This document shows positions 1 to 8,981 of a stretch of 64,000 bases of DNA, one piece after another (positions within the stretch are counted from its first letter, which is position 1; each line of letters starts with the position of its first letter). The notes under the pieces are model-generated. The model did no database searches, was not told where the DNA came from, and was given only the letters and a program-made list of their open reading frames with translations. The stretch lies in contig CACOQX010000002.1 in the NCBI GenBank assembly GCA_902629465.1, positions 22,294 to 86,293 of the forward strand, read 5' to 3'. The stretch is from an uncultured SAR86 cluster bacterium. Its GTDB lineage: Bacteria > Pseudomonadota > Gammaproteobacteria > Magnimaribacterales > AG-339-G14. The translations under genes were made by a program, and so were the position numbers.

Positions 1-392
1 CTGACAATGTGTCTTGTTGAATTTGGATTATTTTTTATACTTTCAATAAGATTTTTTATCTGATCAACCGTTCCACCATTTGGATCTGGCCAAGATCGCC
101 ATTGTGCTCCATAAACCGGACCTAGATCTCCATTTTCATCTGCCCATTCGTCCCAAATTGAAACTCCATTATCTTTAAGATATTTAATATTTGTAGAACC
201 AGCTAAGAACCATATCAGCTCGTGGATGATTGATTTCAAATGAACTTTCTTGGTAGTTACTAACGGGAACCCTTTTTCTAAATCAAAATGCATTTGGTAT
301 CCAAAGATGCTTTTCCTTCCTGTTCCGGTTCTATCGGATCTTTCTACACCCTCTTCAAGTATTTTTTCAACTAATTCAAGATACTGTTTCAT
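1..392 (-). CDS. thyA: Thymidylate synthase (5' part only; gene runs off the window start)
   Basis: Own translation of minus strand from ATG at 392..390: [83 protein letters not shown], classic ThyA. Absent from the ORF track because there is no stop in the window. The lgt-thyA order matches E. coli, and the start overlaps the lgt stop by 17 nt. Confidence 0.93.
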   Translation of the reverse strand, partial: MKQYLELVEKILEEGVERSDRTGTGRKSIFGYQMHFDLEKGFPLVTTKKVHLKSIIHELIWFLAGSTNIKYLKDNGVSIWDEWADENGDLGPVYGAQWRSWPDPNGGTVDQIKNLIESIKNNPNSTRHIV

Positions 393-1179
393 TATTTTTT
401 TTTAAACTTAAATATATTAAAACTATACCAAAAATTATCATTGGCAATGATAAGAGCTGCCCTCTAGTAAAAGTATCAAATAAATCAAATCCTATATGAG
501 AATCAGGGGTTCTAAAATTTTCTGTAATAGATCTAAAAGTCCCATACAAAAGCAAAAACATTCCCGATAAAAGCATTTTTGGAGGATTTTTCTTTGCAAC
601 TAAAAATAAAATAACAAACATTACAAGACCTTCAAAAAATGCTTGATAAAGTTGTGAGGGATGTCTTAATAGACTCAAAGGATCATTTGAATAAATAATT
701 CCCCAAGGCATTTCAGTTGGTCTTCCGAGAAGCTCTCCTCCCATAAAATTTCCAATTCTTACAGAACCCAAACCCAATGGTAGATAAATTGCCATATGAT
801 CCGACAAATCAAAAAAAGAAATTTTTCTGCTTTCTGAAAAAATTAAAAAGCTTGTTAGTACGCCAAGCAGTCCTCCATGAAATGACAAACCTCCTTCCCA
901 AATTCTAAAGAGAGCCATTGGATCTCTAATTAGATTTTCAAATCCATAAAAGAACATATAGCCAATTCTTCCTCCAATTATTGCCCCCAAAACACCATAA
1001 AAAATAAAGTCATCAATAAGCTTCTTATTAATATCTCCATTGGCAGGTGCATTTAGCCTAGCCAAGTAATTAATTGACAAAATTGCTACTAACCAAGAAA
1101 TTCCATACCAATAAATTGGCCACCAACCAAAAAATGGAAGGGGTATATAAAATGCTATGGGATCAATTTCTACAATCAT
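376..1179 (-). CDS. lgt: Prolipoprotein diacylglyceryl transferase
   Basis: 267 aa polytopic membrane protein with Lgt motifs [12 protein letters not shown] and [13 protein letters not shown]. Lies upstream of thyA. Confidence 0.93.
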   Translation of the reverse strand: MIVEIDPIAFYIPLPFFGWWPIYWYGISWLVAILSINYLARLNAPANGDINKKLIDDFIFYGVLGAIIGGRIGYMFFYGFENLIRDPMALFRIWEGGLSFHGGLLGVLTSFLIFSESRKISFFDLSDHMAIYLPLGLGSVRIGNFMGGELLGRPTEMPWGIIYSNDPLSLLRHPSQLYQAFFEGLVMFVILFLVAKKNPPKMLLSGMFLLLYGTFRSITENFRTPDSHIGFDLFDTFTRGQLLSLPMIIFGIVLIYLSLKKNNETVS

Positions 1180-1976
1180 ACGAAAGTAATGTAAAAGACT
1201 CTTAAAGCAGCAATTATTATGAGAACAGAAAATGCTTGCTTGAGGTATCTACTATCAGTTTTTGCAGAAAGATTAGCTCCAAGCCTAGCAAAGTAAATGC
1301 TTGATAATCCTGTAATTATTACTGCCGGAACGAATGCTGAACCCACAAAAAATTCAATATCTTTTGAGGCAATGGGGGCAAACAATAATGCTCCCAAGGC
1401 TCCGGATACTGCTAAGGCAAAGCCCATCAAAGAAGAAGTACCAATTGCCTTATGAGGATCTAATCCTTTATATAAAAAATAAGGAACCATAAGAATTCCT
1501 CCGCCTATTCCAACAAAAGAAGTTACCAATCCCAATAATCCTGCAACAAAAATCAACTCAAAAGAACTCTTGTGAAGGTTTTTTGATTTTGGGGAAAAGT
1601 CGAAAGCTATTTGAAGGGCTGCCAAAATTAAGGAAACAGCAATGATAATTTGGAGAGTTGAGCTTTCGATAAACAAAGCTACATATCTACCCAATAAAGT
1701 CATGGCAAATGCCATCCAAAACATTTTTTTTACGATTTCAAGCTCAATATTGTTATTTTTAAAATGAATAAAGGCAGCCATTGGAATGGTTATAGCCATG
1801 GTTGTCATGGATGTACCAGTAGCTAATATGGGAATTATTTCTGAATCTACATCTAATAAATTGAATAAAAAGACATAGGCAGGAACTAAAATCACTCCAC
1901 TGCCAATTCCAAAGAATCCAGATAAAAGACCAGCTAAGATGCCTAATAAAACTAAGCCTAGAAAAAATTCAAACAT
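1176..1976 (-). CDS. TauE/SafE (DUF81) family anion exporter membrane protein
   Basis: 266 aa, multi-TM, with the duplicated Gly-rich motifs GIGSGVILVP and GIGGGILMVP typical of TauE/SafE. Has a 4-nt overlap with lgt. Confidence 0.75.
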   Translation of the reverse strand: MFEFFLGLVLLGILAGLLSGFFGIGSGVILVPAYVFLFNLLDVDSEIIPILATGTSMTTMAITIPMAAFIHFKNNNIELEIVKKMFWMAFAMTLLGRYVALFIESSTLQIIIAVSLILAALQIAFDFSPKSKNLHKSSFELIFVAGLLGLVTSFVGIGGGILMVPYFLYKGLDPHKAIGTSSLMGFALAVSGALGALLFAPIASKDIEFFVGSAFVPAVIITGLSSIYFARLGANLSAKTDSRYLKQAFSVLIIIAALRVFYITFV

Positions 1977-2031
1977 GTAGAAGTATGATTATCCCTTATT
2001 AAAACAGTCTGATAAACTTTTTCCTTTTTTT

Positions 2032-2802
2032 ATGTGCCTAATTGTTTTATCTCTCAATCCAAAAAGTGACTACAGATTAGTTCTTTCTTCAAATCGAGAT
2101 GAATTTTATGAAAGACCAACAAAGAGTATGCACTGGTGGGATTCAAGCCCTAGAGTTTTAGCTGGGAAAGATAAAAACTTTGATGGAACGTGGATGGCCT
2201 TAAGCGAAAAAGGGAAGTTTGCAGCTGTTACAAATGTAAGAGAATTTACTTCGATGAGTACTCGAAAAAAATCTTTAGAAAATTTAGCAAGCAGAGGAGA
2301 TTTGGTAAAAGATTTTGTTCTATCAAACTATTCTGCATCAGAATATCTAAACGAAATTGATTGTCTTAATTATCAAGGCTTTAATTTGATTTTATTTGAT
2401 GGAACTGATGGATTGATTTGCTCGAATAGAGGCTTTGAGAAAAAACTTACTGAAGGAGAGATCTATGCAATAGGAAATAAACCTGTAGAAAATAAATCAG
2501 AAAAAATACTCAGCGCAGAAGAAGATTTTGAAAAAATCTTATCTTCAGAAATTTCTGGAAAAAATCTCTTTGCAATGATGCAAGCACCGGTCAATAAACC
2601 ATTGGAATTCTCCGAAGCCTTCACTAAAGAAAATCATGGCAGGGAGTTCCCTTACAGATTTATAGCTACCGATATTTATGGAACTAGATCAACAACATCC
2701 ATAATAATTCATAAAAATAATGAAGCCGAAATAGAGGAAACTTCTTTCAATGAAGCCAGAGAAATAGTTAAGTCGAAAAAATTTAAACTTGAGATTAAAT
2801 GA
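2032..2802 (+). CDS. NRDE family protein (TANGO2-like, DUF833)
   Basis: N-terminal MC.. followed by the eponymous SSNRDEFYERPT motif; 256 aa. Confidence 0.8.
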   Translation: MCLIVLSLNPKSDYRLVLSSNRDEFYERPTKSMHWWDSSPRVLAGKDKNFDGTWMALSEKGKFAAVTNVREFTSMSTRKKSLENLASRGDLVKDFVLSNYSASEYLNEIDCLNYQGFNLILFDGTDGLICSNRGFEKKLTEGEIYAIGNKPVENKSEKILSAEEDFEKILSSEISGKNLFAMMQAPVNKPLEFSEAFTKENHGREFPYRFIATDIYGTRSTTSIIIHKNNEAEIEETSFNEAREIVKSKKFKLEIK

Positions 2803-3272
2803 ATTTAAAAATTAAGACTGGTTATCGATTGAATGTTGCAATGATTGTTCTTAACAAAGATAACAAGGTTTTATTCTGCAAAAGAAGAAATACAGAAAAT
2901 TGGCAATTTCCTCAAGGAGGTGTAGATGAAAACGAAAATATTGAGAGTGCAATGTTCAGAGAATTAAATGAAGAAGTAGGCTTAGAAAAGGATAATGTTG
3001 AAATAAAAGCAGTAAGTCAAAATTTTATATACTACGATATTCCAAAAAACATTCGATCCAGAGTTCTTGGCGGAAAATTTAAAGGCCAGGCTCAAAAATA
3101 TTTCCTACTTAAACTTATTTCCGGAGACGTCGATTTAAATATAGAGAATACTCCCGAATTTGATAAATATAGTTGGGTACCTTTTTGGTATCCATTAAAT
3201 CAAGTTGTAGATTTTAAAAAAGAAGCATACAGAAGTGCTTTAATAGAGTTTAAAAATCGAATAAATAAATGA
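2799..3272 (+). CDS. rppH: RNA pyrophosphohydrolase (Nudix)
   Basis: GYRLNVAMIVLN..WQFPQGGVDENENIESAMFRELNEEVGL (Nudix box) with an RppH-like N-terminus. ATGA overlap with the upstream NRDE gene. Confidence 0.88.
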   Translation: MNLKIKTGYRLNVAMIVLNKDNKVLFCKRRNTENWQFPQGGVDENENIESAMFRELNEEVGLEKDNVEIKAVSQNFIYYDIPKNIRSRVLGGKFKGQAQKYFLLKLISGDVDLNIENTPEFDKYSWVPFWYPLNQVVDFKKEAYRSALIEFKNRINK

Positions 3273-3916
3273 ATGAGCTAGTAATTTTTGACTTAGACGA
3301 TACGCTGTTATGTGCTGATAGTGAATTTCATTTCACCAAATATATCGTTAAACAAGGAATGCTGGATAAGGATTTTTACCTAAAGAAGATCAAAGCTTTT
3401 GATAAAGACTATCGATCAGGAAATTTGAATTTTAAGGATTACATGCGATTCCTTTTGTATCCTTTAATAGGCAAGAGTGAAAGCGAATTAGATTCATTGG
3501 TTACAAGCTTTATAAACTCCTCAAAGGATATCTTGATTGATAATTTAACTTTCGAGTTATTAGAAAAACACAAAAAAGATGATGTGCTCATTGCTTCGGG
3601 AGCTTTGGATTTCATTGTTAAGGGTTTTGCAAATTATTTTGGAGTAGAAGAATTTTTAGGTACTAGAACAGAATTCGTAGGAAATAAAGTGACAGGGGAA
3701 ACAACAGGAGAGCCAAATTTTGAAAAGGGTAAATTAGCTCACGTTTCAGAATGGTGTAGAAAAAAGAATGCGAATTTAGAGAAGGCTACTTTCTACACAG
3801 ATTCAATTCATGATTTGCCTTTAGTAGAAAAATGTAAAAATTCTATAGTAGTATCTCCTGATGAAAGGCTTAAAAAGCATGCAGAGGATAATAATTTAAA
3901 AATAATCAATAGATAG
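3269..3916 (+). CDS. HAD-IB family hydrolase (phosphoserine-phosphatase-like)
   Basis: Motif I VIFDLDDTLL and a C-terminal YTDSIHDLP acidic motif; 215 aa. ATGA overlap with rppH. Confidence 0.75.
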   Translation: MNELVIFDLDDTLLCADSEFHFTKYIVKQGMLDKDFYLKKIKAFDKDYRSGNLNFKDYMRFLLYPLIGKSESELDSLVTSFINSSKDILIDNLTFELLEKHKKDDVLIASGALDFIVKGFANYFGVEEFLGTRTEFVGNKVTGETTGEPNFEKGKLAHVSEWCRKKNANLEKATFYTDSIHDLPLVEKCKNSIVVSPDERLKKHAEDNNLKIINR

Positions 3917-3925
3917 CTAAATCTT

Positions 3926-5137
3926 ATGAATCTGAGCAAAGATAAATCTAAGTTAAAAGAAGAATACCAAAAATTTAAAAATTCAAAACAAGTCTTAGAC
4001 TTAACTAGGGGCAGACCTTCTTCTGAACAACTAGACTTATCAGGTAATTTAGAAACCGTAATGAAGGGAAACTTTATCCAAGACAAGGTCGACACAAGAA
4101 ATTATGGACTACTAGAAGGACTTCCCTCTGCAAGAAAATTAGCTGGTTGGGTTCTAAACTCTGATCCAGAAAATATTTTTGTGAATGGTGCAAGTAGTTT
4201 GACTTTATTAGGGCATTATTTGCATAGCATGATCTTTCAAGGCGATGGGCAAGCAGCCTGGAAAGATCTAGATAAAGTTACTTTCTTGTGTCCAGTTCCC
4301 GGATACGATCGTCATTTTGCTATGTTGGAAAAATTAGGAATAAAAATGATACCTGTCCCTCTAGAAGGAGATGGACCTGATTTGGATTCAATAGAAAACT
4401 TATTAGAAACTGATAAAACCATAAGAGGAATCATTTGTGTACCCAAACATTCAAATCCTACAGGTGAGATTTACTCTAAAGAAAAAATAGAAGCTTTAGC
4501 TAGTATCAATAGAGATGGTTTCAAAATTATTTTTGACAATGCCTATGCTATTCATGATTTTGATGATTCAAAAAAACTACCCGACATAGAAAAAATATTC
4601 ATTGAAAAAAATTCGCATGATTCATTAGTTATGCTTGGCAGCACCAGTAAAATCTCACTTGCAGGATCGGGCTTGGCATTTATTTCTCTTTCGCCAAATA
4701 GTATGGAAAACTTTGTTAATTATTTCTCTAAGTTTTCTTTGGGCTCTGACAAAGTAAATCAAGCAAGACATGCTAGATTTTTTAATTCAAAGAAGGCTCT
4801 TAAGGAGCATATGCAAAAATTAGCAAAAATAATTAAATCAAAGTTCGATCTTGTAGAGAAAAAGTTAAATGAGTTACCCGATGGATTGGCAAAGTGGACA
4901 AAGCCAAGTGGCGGTTATTTTGTCTCCTTTGATTCTTTAAACGGTAATGCTTCAAAAATTCATATGCTTTGTGAGGAAGCGGGTCTTAAACTAACCCCCT
5001 TGGGTTCAACCTTTCCTTATGGCAAAGACTTGGAAAATAAAAATATTAGGATAGCTCCCACGCAGGTGGAACTTGACGAACTCTCGGACGCTATGGATTT
5101 ATTTTGTATTTGCGTATTACTAGCTGAGGAAAGCTAG
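3926..5137 (+). CDS. PLP-dependent aminotransferase, class I/II fold (AspT-like)
   Basis: 403 aa with LDLTRGRPSSEQLDLS near the N-terminus and the PLP-lysine context GSTSKISLAGSG. Substrate not assignable. Confidence 0.7.
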   Translation: MNLSKDKSKLKEEYQKFKNSKQVLDLTRGRPSSEQLDLSGNLETVMKGNFIQDKVDTRNYGLLEGLPSARKLAGWVLNSDPENIFVNGASSLTLLGHYLHSMIFQGDGQAAWKDLDKVTFLCPVPGYDRHFAMLEKLGIKMIPVPLEGDGPDLDSIENLLETDKTIRGIICVPKHSNPTGEIYSKEKIEALASINRDGFKIIFDNAYAIHDFDDSKKLPDIEKIFIEKNSHDSLVMLGSTSKISLAGSGLAFISLSPNSMENFVNYFSKFSLGSDKVNQARHARFFNSKKALKEHMQKLAKIIKSKFDLVEKKLNELPDGLAKWTKPSGGYFVSFDSLNGNASKIHMLCEEAGLKLTPLGSTFPYGKDLENKNIRIAPTQVELDELSDAMDLFCICVLLAEES

Positions 5138-5466
5138 TTCCTAGTAACTTCTAATATTTCGTATTTTTTCCCATCAAATGGACCGAAGTTTTCATGGACA
5201 TCCGGATGAGCTACAGGCTCAAGGGAATTATCTGCTAGTAAATTCTGTTGAGAAACATAGGCAGTGTAAAAAACTTCTTCATTTTCAGCATAGACATGAT
5301 AGAAAGGCTGGTCCTTTTTTGGCCTAATTTGGGCCGGTATGCTTTGATACCATTCTTCAGTGTTATTAAATTCAGGATCTACATCAAAAATAACACCTCT
5401 AAAGTCTAAGTGCTTATGTCTTACAACCTGCCCAATTGCAAAATTAGTTTCAACTACATCTTTCAT
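5134..5466 (-). CDS. hspQ: Heat shock protein HspQ (hemimethylated DNA-binding, YccV family)
   Basis: 110 aa; FAIGQVVRHKHLDFRGVIFDVDPEF..PFYHV is the YccV/HspQ signature. Confidence 0.85.
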   Translation of the reverse strand: MKDVVETNFAIGQVVRHKHLDFRGVIFDVDPEFNNTEEWYQSIPAQIRPKKDQPFYHVYAENEEVFYTAYVSQQNLLADNSLEPVAHPDVHENFGPFDGKKYEILEVTRN

Positions 5467-5516
5467 AATTTTATATTACCACTTATACCTTTTATATGGA
5501 GTCTATCCTTATATTT

Positions 5517-6572
5517 TCAAGCCAAATGAGCTTGAGAAAGGTAATCTTTAGATTGCATTTCTGTCATTCTGCTAATAGTTCTCTTAAATTTTTCCTCTAG
5601 TCTAGATTTGACATAAATTTTTTCAGGGAGTTCAGCTGCTGAAATGATTAATTTTACTTTTCTGTCGTAACATTCATCTATAAAAGAAATAAAACGCCTT
5701 GCCTCGTCATCAGAATTTATGATGGGTACATCAGATAGAATAACTGTATGAAACTCTTTTGAAATTTCAATGTAATCTGCAGCACTTCTTGGAGATGAAC
5801 AGATTTGTAAAAAATTAACCCATAGGACTCCTTTAGAAAAGGCCAAGATCTCAATTTTTCTATTGTTTATGATTATAAAACTATCCTTAGCTTTTCTATT
5901 CTGAGTAATTTCATTGAAAATCTCTTCAATGATCTGAATATTTTTATCGGATGGGCAAAAGTAACTTCCACTTTTTTCTAAAGCCCTTAATCTAAAATCA
6001 ACATTAGAATCTAAATGATATATTTCACAAGCAGTTTCAATAGCTTTTATAGCTGGCAGGAATAACTTTCTCTGTAATCCTCCATCATATAGATTTACTG
6101 GAGCAATATTTGAAGTTGCAAAAAAAGATAAATCTGATTTAAATAGTTCAGTCATAAATTTCCCCAGCAGCATGGCATCTGCAATATCCTCTACATAAAA
6201 TTCATCGAAACAAAGACATTCGTATTTTTTTGATAAATCTTTAACTATTTTTTTTAAGGGGTCTGTTGCTCCTTCATAATTTTTTAGCTCCTCATGAAGA
6301 TTTTGCATGAAACGGTGAAAATGCAGTCGTATTTTTTTTTCATGATTAATTTCCTCAAAAAGCATATCCATGAGAAATGTCTTTCCTCGTCCTACTTCTC
6401 CGTAAATATAAATTCTTTGGGGTACTTTTTTAGTAAAAAAGTTAAAAAAACCTTTTTCAATATTTATTTCTTGCAAACAAGTGTCTAAACGCTCAGCTAA
6501 TTTAAGCTGAGCGTCATCTAAGGATATTTCTTGGCTTGATACAGCTCTTAAATAATTTTCTTTTAGGGCTAT
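5517..6572 (-). CDS. zapE: Cell division protein ZapE (AFG1-like ATPase); 5' end extended beyond the ORF-track start
   Basis: Walker A GEVGRGKT, LCFDEFYVEDIADAM, and C-terminal MTEMQSKDYLSQAHLA as in E. coli ZapE. The track ORF starts at TTG 6476. The in-frame upstream codons read (I)ALKENYLRAVSSQEISLDDAQLKLAERLDTCL, which aligns with the E. coli ZapE N-terminus (..QYLKALNEG..DDVQKEAVSRLE..). The true start must therefore lie near 6572, where no ATG/GTG/TTG exists (see finding). Confidence 0.85.
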   Translation of the reverse strand: MALKENYLRAVSSQEISLDDAQLKLAERLDTCLQEINIEKGFFNFFTKKVPQRIYIYGEVGRGKTFLMDMLFEEINHEKKIRLHFHRFMQNLHEELKNYEGATDPLKKIVKDLSKKYECLCFDEFYVEDIADAMLLGKFMTELFKSDLSFFATSNIAPVNLYDGGLQRKLFLPAIKAIETACEIYHLDSNVDFRLRALEKSGSYFCPSDKNIQIIEEIFNEITQNRKAKDSFIIINNRKIEILAFSKGVLWVNFLQICSSPRSAADYIEISKEFHTVILSDVPIINSDDEARRFISFIDECYDRKVKLIISAAELPEKIYVKSRLEEKFKRTISRMTEMQSKDYLSQAHLA

Positions 6573-6856
6573 TTTATTTCCTCGTGAACAGTAATTTCTG
6601 GTGCTCCTGCAAGAAATGGTGCAAGTGCTCCGCCTAGAGTTTTAAAATGTTCAGTTTGAGAATGATGAGCATGACTTTCGGCATCTTTATATATCTCTAT
6701 CATTTGATAAGTTTGAGGGTTATCTGTCTTTAAGAGACCGTAGTAGAAAACACCAGGTTCATTTGCGTTTGTTGCTTCTACCAGTTTCAGCATATTTTCT
6801 TCGAAGTCTTTTTCACTACCTTCTTTTATGTTTAATTTAACAAGTACTCCTATCAT
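6569..6856 (-). CDS. Antibiotic biosynthesis monooxygenase (ABM) domain protein, YgiN-like
   Basis: 95 aa, size and pattern of a dimeric alpha/beta barrel (VKLNIKEG..FE..M..LV..T..EPG..YY.L......YQMIEIYKD..S...H). Confidence 0.7.
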   Translation of the reverse strand: MIGVLVKLNIKEGSEKDFEENMLKLVEATNANEPGVFYYGLLKTDNPQTYQMIEIYKDAESHAHHSQTEHFKTLGGALAPFLAGAPEITVHEEIK

Positions 6857-6926
6857 GTTTTCTCCTATAATAAATGTTGTTTAAAAATTTAGTATATAAG
6901 GCTAAATCATATTGGGAGAAAAGAAA

Positions 6927-7544
6927 ATGATTAAGATTTGGGGAACGGAAGCATCAAGAGCAATGAGGCCAATTTGGACTGCCGAAGAAATGGGCATAGA
7001 TTACGAACTCGAAATGATGCCTTTTCCACCTAGGATGTTTATGAAAGAGTATTTGGATATCAATATGCTTGGAACAATTCCTTATTTGATAGACGGCGAT
7101 GTAAAAATGACCGAATCTGTTGCGATGTCTCAATATTTAGTTGAAAAATATGGACCGACCGATTTACGAGTTATGCCAGATGAGCCTGATTATCCAGCTT
7201 ATTTAAATTGGCTTTTCCACTCTGATGCTACATTAACTTTTCCACAGACAGTTGTTCTTAGATATAAACTTCAAGAGCCAGGCATTGCGGATGCTGCTGT
7301 AGAGGGCTACAGCAGATGGTTTGTCTCAAGGTGTAAATTATTAGAGACAACTTTAAACGATAGAGAATACTTATGTTCAAATCGCTTTACGATTGCAGAT
7401 ATTTGTGTGAGTTATGCTTTTGTTGTCGCAGAATCTCTTAGCATAGATCAAGCATTCAAACCTAATATTAAGAGATACACTGACATGCTTTTTGAAAGAG
7501 AGGCCTTTAAAAAATCTAAGTCATATAAGTTTGAAGAAAAATAA
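6927..7544 (+). CDS. Glutathione S-transferase family protein
   Basis: N-terminal thioredoxin-like part with GTIPYLIDGDVKMTESVAMSQYL (ES motif). ATG at 6927 preceded by GGGAGAA; the track start at 6912 is a TTG extension. Confidence 0.75.
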   Translation: MIKIWGTEASRAMRPIWTAEEMGIDYELEMMPFPPRMFMKEYLDINMLGTIPYLIDGDVKMTESVAMSQYLVEKYGPTDLRVMPDEPDYPAYLNWLFHSDATLTFPQTVVLRYKLQEPGIADAAVEGYSRWFVSRCKLLETTLNDREYLCSNRFTIADICVSYAFVVAESLSIDQAFKPNIKRYTDMLFEREAFKKSKSYKFEEK

Positions 7545-7571
7545 TTTAATTTTTTAATTTAGGAGATAAAT

Positions 7572-8000
7572 ATGATTACCCTTAAAGATGCACAAAAAAT
7601 AGTTGAAGGTTGTTTAAAAAAAGCTAGAGAAGAGAACATGATGCCTGTAACAATTGCAGTTCTTGATACTCGAGGAGTATTAGTTAGTTCAGCAATGGAA
7701 GATAATTCAGCTCTCATTAGGCCCGATATAGCATTTGCCAAAGCCTGGGGCTGTGTTGGAATTGGTTTTTCTAGCAGGGCGATAAGAGATCTCTACGGCG
7801 CTCAACCTGAACAGACTCATTTTTTCAATGCTGCCAGAGCTATATCTGGAAACAAAATAGCTCCATCTCCTGGAGGGATAATGATTAAGAAAGGAGATGA
7901 TGTAATCGGTTCTGTTGGTGTTTCAGGAGATTTACCCGATCGTGATGAGATTTGTGCAATAGCAGGAGTAGAAGCTGCAGGATTGACTTATCAAATTTAA
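7572..8000 (+). CDS. GlcG/HbpS-like heme-binding protein (DUF336)
   Basis: 142 aa; GGIMIKKGDDVIGSVGVSGDLPDRDEICA matches the DUF336 core. RBS AGGAGA lies upstream. Confidence 0.8.
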   Translation: MITLKDAQKIVEGCLKKAREENMMPVTIAVLDTRGVLVSSAMEDNSALIRPDIAFAKAWGCVGIGFSSRAIRDLYGAQPEQTHFFNAARAISGNKIAPSPGGIMIKKGDDVIGSVGVSGDLPDRDEICAIAGVEAAGLTYQI

Positions 8001-8032
8001 TGTTTTGACAATCTAAATAATGAAATTAATTC

Positions 8033-8902
8033 TTAATTTTTAGGGGGCAAGGGAATTAAAACTGAAGTATTTCGTATGTAGTTTTTGTATTCCTCATTGT
8101 CTCCCCATTTCTTCTTTCCTCTAAGTTCTAGTAATCTCACTCCGCTTATTTGGGTTAAAAGGATGATGATAAAGATAGGAGAGATGAGCGTTATGAATTG
8201 CCAGCCCTGAAGAACTGGTAAAGCTATTACTGTAATCCCAATCCATAGAAGAATTTCACCAAAATAATTTGGATGCCTTGACCAAGACCAAATTCCTGTT
8301 GTAATAAATTTTTCTTTATTTTCTGGATTTGACCTAAATTTAGATTTTTGATTATCCGCAATAACTTCAATAGAGAAACCCAAAATCCAAATCAAGGTGC
8401 CCAATACCAAGAAGATATCCGCCTCAATCTTATTTTGCGAAGTCATCGCAGCGAGTCCAGCTGCTAAAGACAAAAATACCCACATTCCTTGAATATTCCA
8501 GGTCATTAAAAACCACCAAAATTTGGTTTTCATTATGTCAAATCTTCCGTCGCCTCCATCTTTTCTTACTCGAAAAAACAAAAAGGAGCCTAGTCTGGTA
8601 GCCCACACAACGACTAACAATGTGATGACGATGTCCCTTAAATATATTTCCGGGATTGCCATAAGAGTAAAAAGAGAAGCTGACATAAAAGTAAGCGAAC
8701 CAGTTAAATCAAAAAAATGCTCTGTTCTGTTAATGAAAGACGGAATGAATACAAGCCATTGAATGACAAAAATCAGTAATACTACAAATCCAAAAAGCGG
8801 TACATTTGATATAGCAACACTCCCTTGATTGGCAGCAAAGGCTATAAGAGTAGATAGTAATATGACAACGAAAGAGGCTGGGATAGTGGTTTTGTTAGGC
8901 AT
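8033..8902 (-). CDS. DUF1295 family membrane protein (steroid 5-alpha-reductase-like fold)
   Basis: 289 aa polytopic; C-terminal WSWSRHPNYFGEILLW motif characteristic of DUF1295 and related methyltransferase/reductase families. Confidence 0.75.
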   Translation of the reverse strand: MPNKTTIPASFVVILLSTLIAFAANQGSVAISNVPLFGFVVLLIFVIQWLVFIPSFINRTEHFFDLTGSLTFMSASLFTLMAIPEIYLRDIVITLLVVVWATRLGSFLFFRVRKDGGDGRFDIMKTKFWWFLMTWNIQGMWVFLSLAAGLAAMTSQNKIEADIFLVLGTLIWILGFSIEVIADNQKSKFRSNPENKEKFITTGIWSWSRHPNYFGEILLWIGITVIALPVLQGWQFITLISPIFIIILLTQISGVRLLELRGKKKWGDNEEYKNYIRNTSVLIPLPPKN

Positions 8903-8981
8903 AAATAAATTTTAATACAAAAATCTTGATTTGAATTGAAATTTAGAAGATATTAATGATTAGAAATAAAGAGGTATAAAA

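Noticed and set aside
396-405. Homopolymer runs (T10 at the lgt 3' end; also A9/T9 runs in pyrE at 43642..43650 and in zapE at 6336..6344) as possible phase-variation tracts.
   Set aside because: Such runs encode Lys/Phe/Asn stretches and are common by composition in an AT-rich genome. The genes are housekeeping and intact, and there is no evidence of slippage-based switching.
3808-4095. 95-aa minus-strand ORF spanning the HAD / aminotransferase junction.
   Set aside because: It is antisense to two confident, tightly packed genes, has a composition typical of AT-rich frame noise (Leu/Ser/Phe/Lys-rich), and has no start context.
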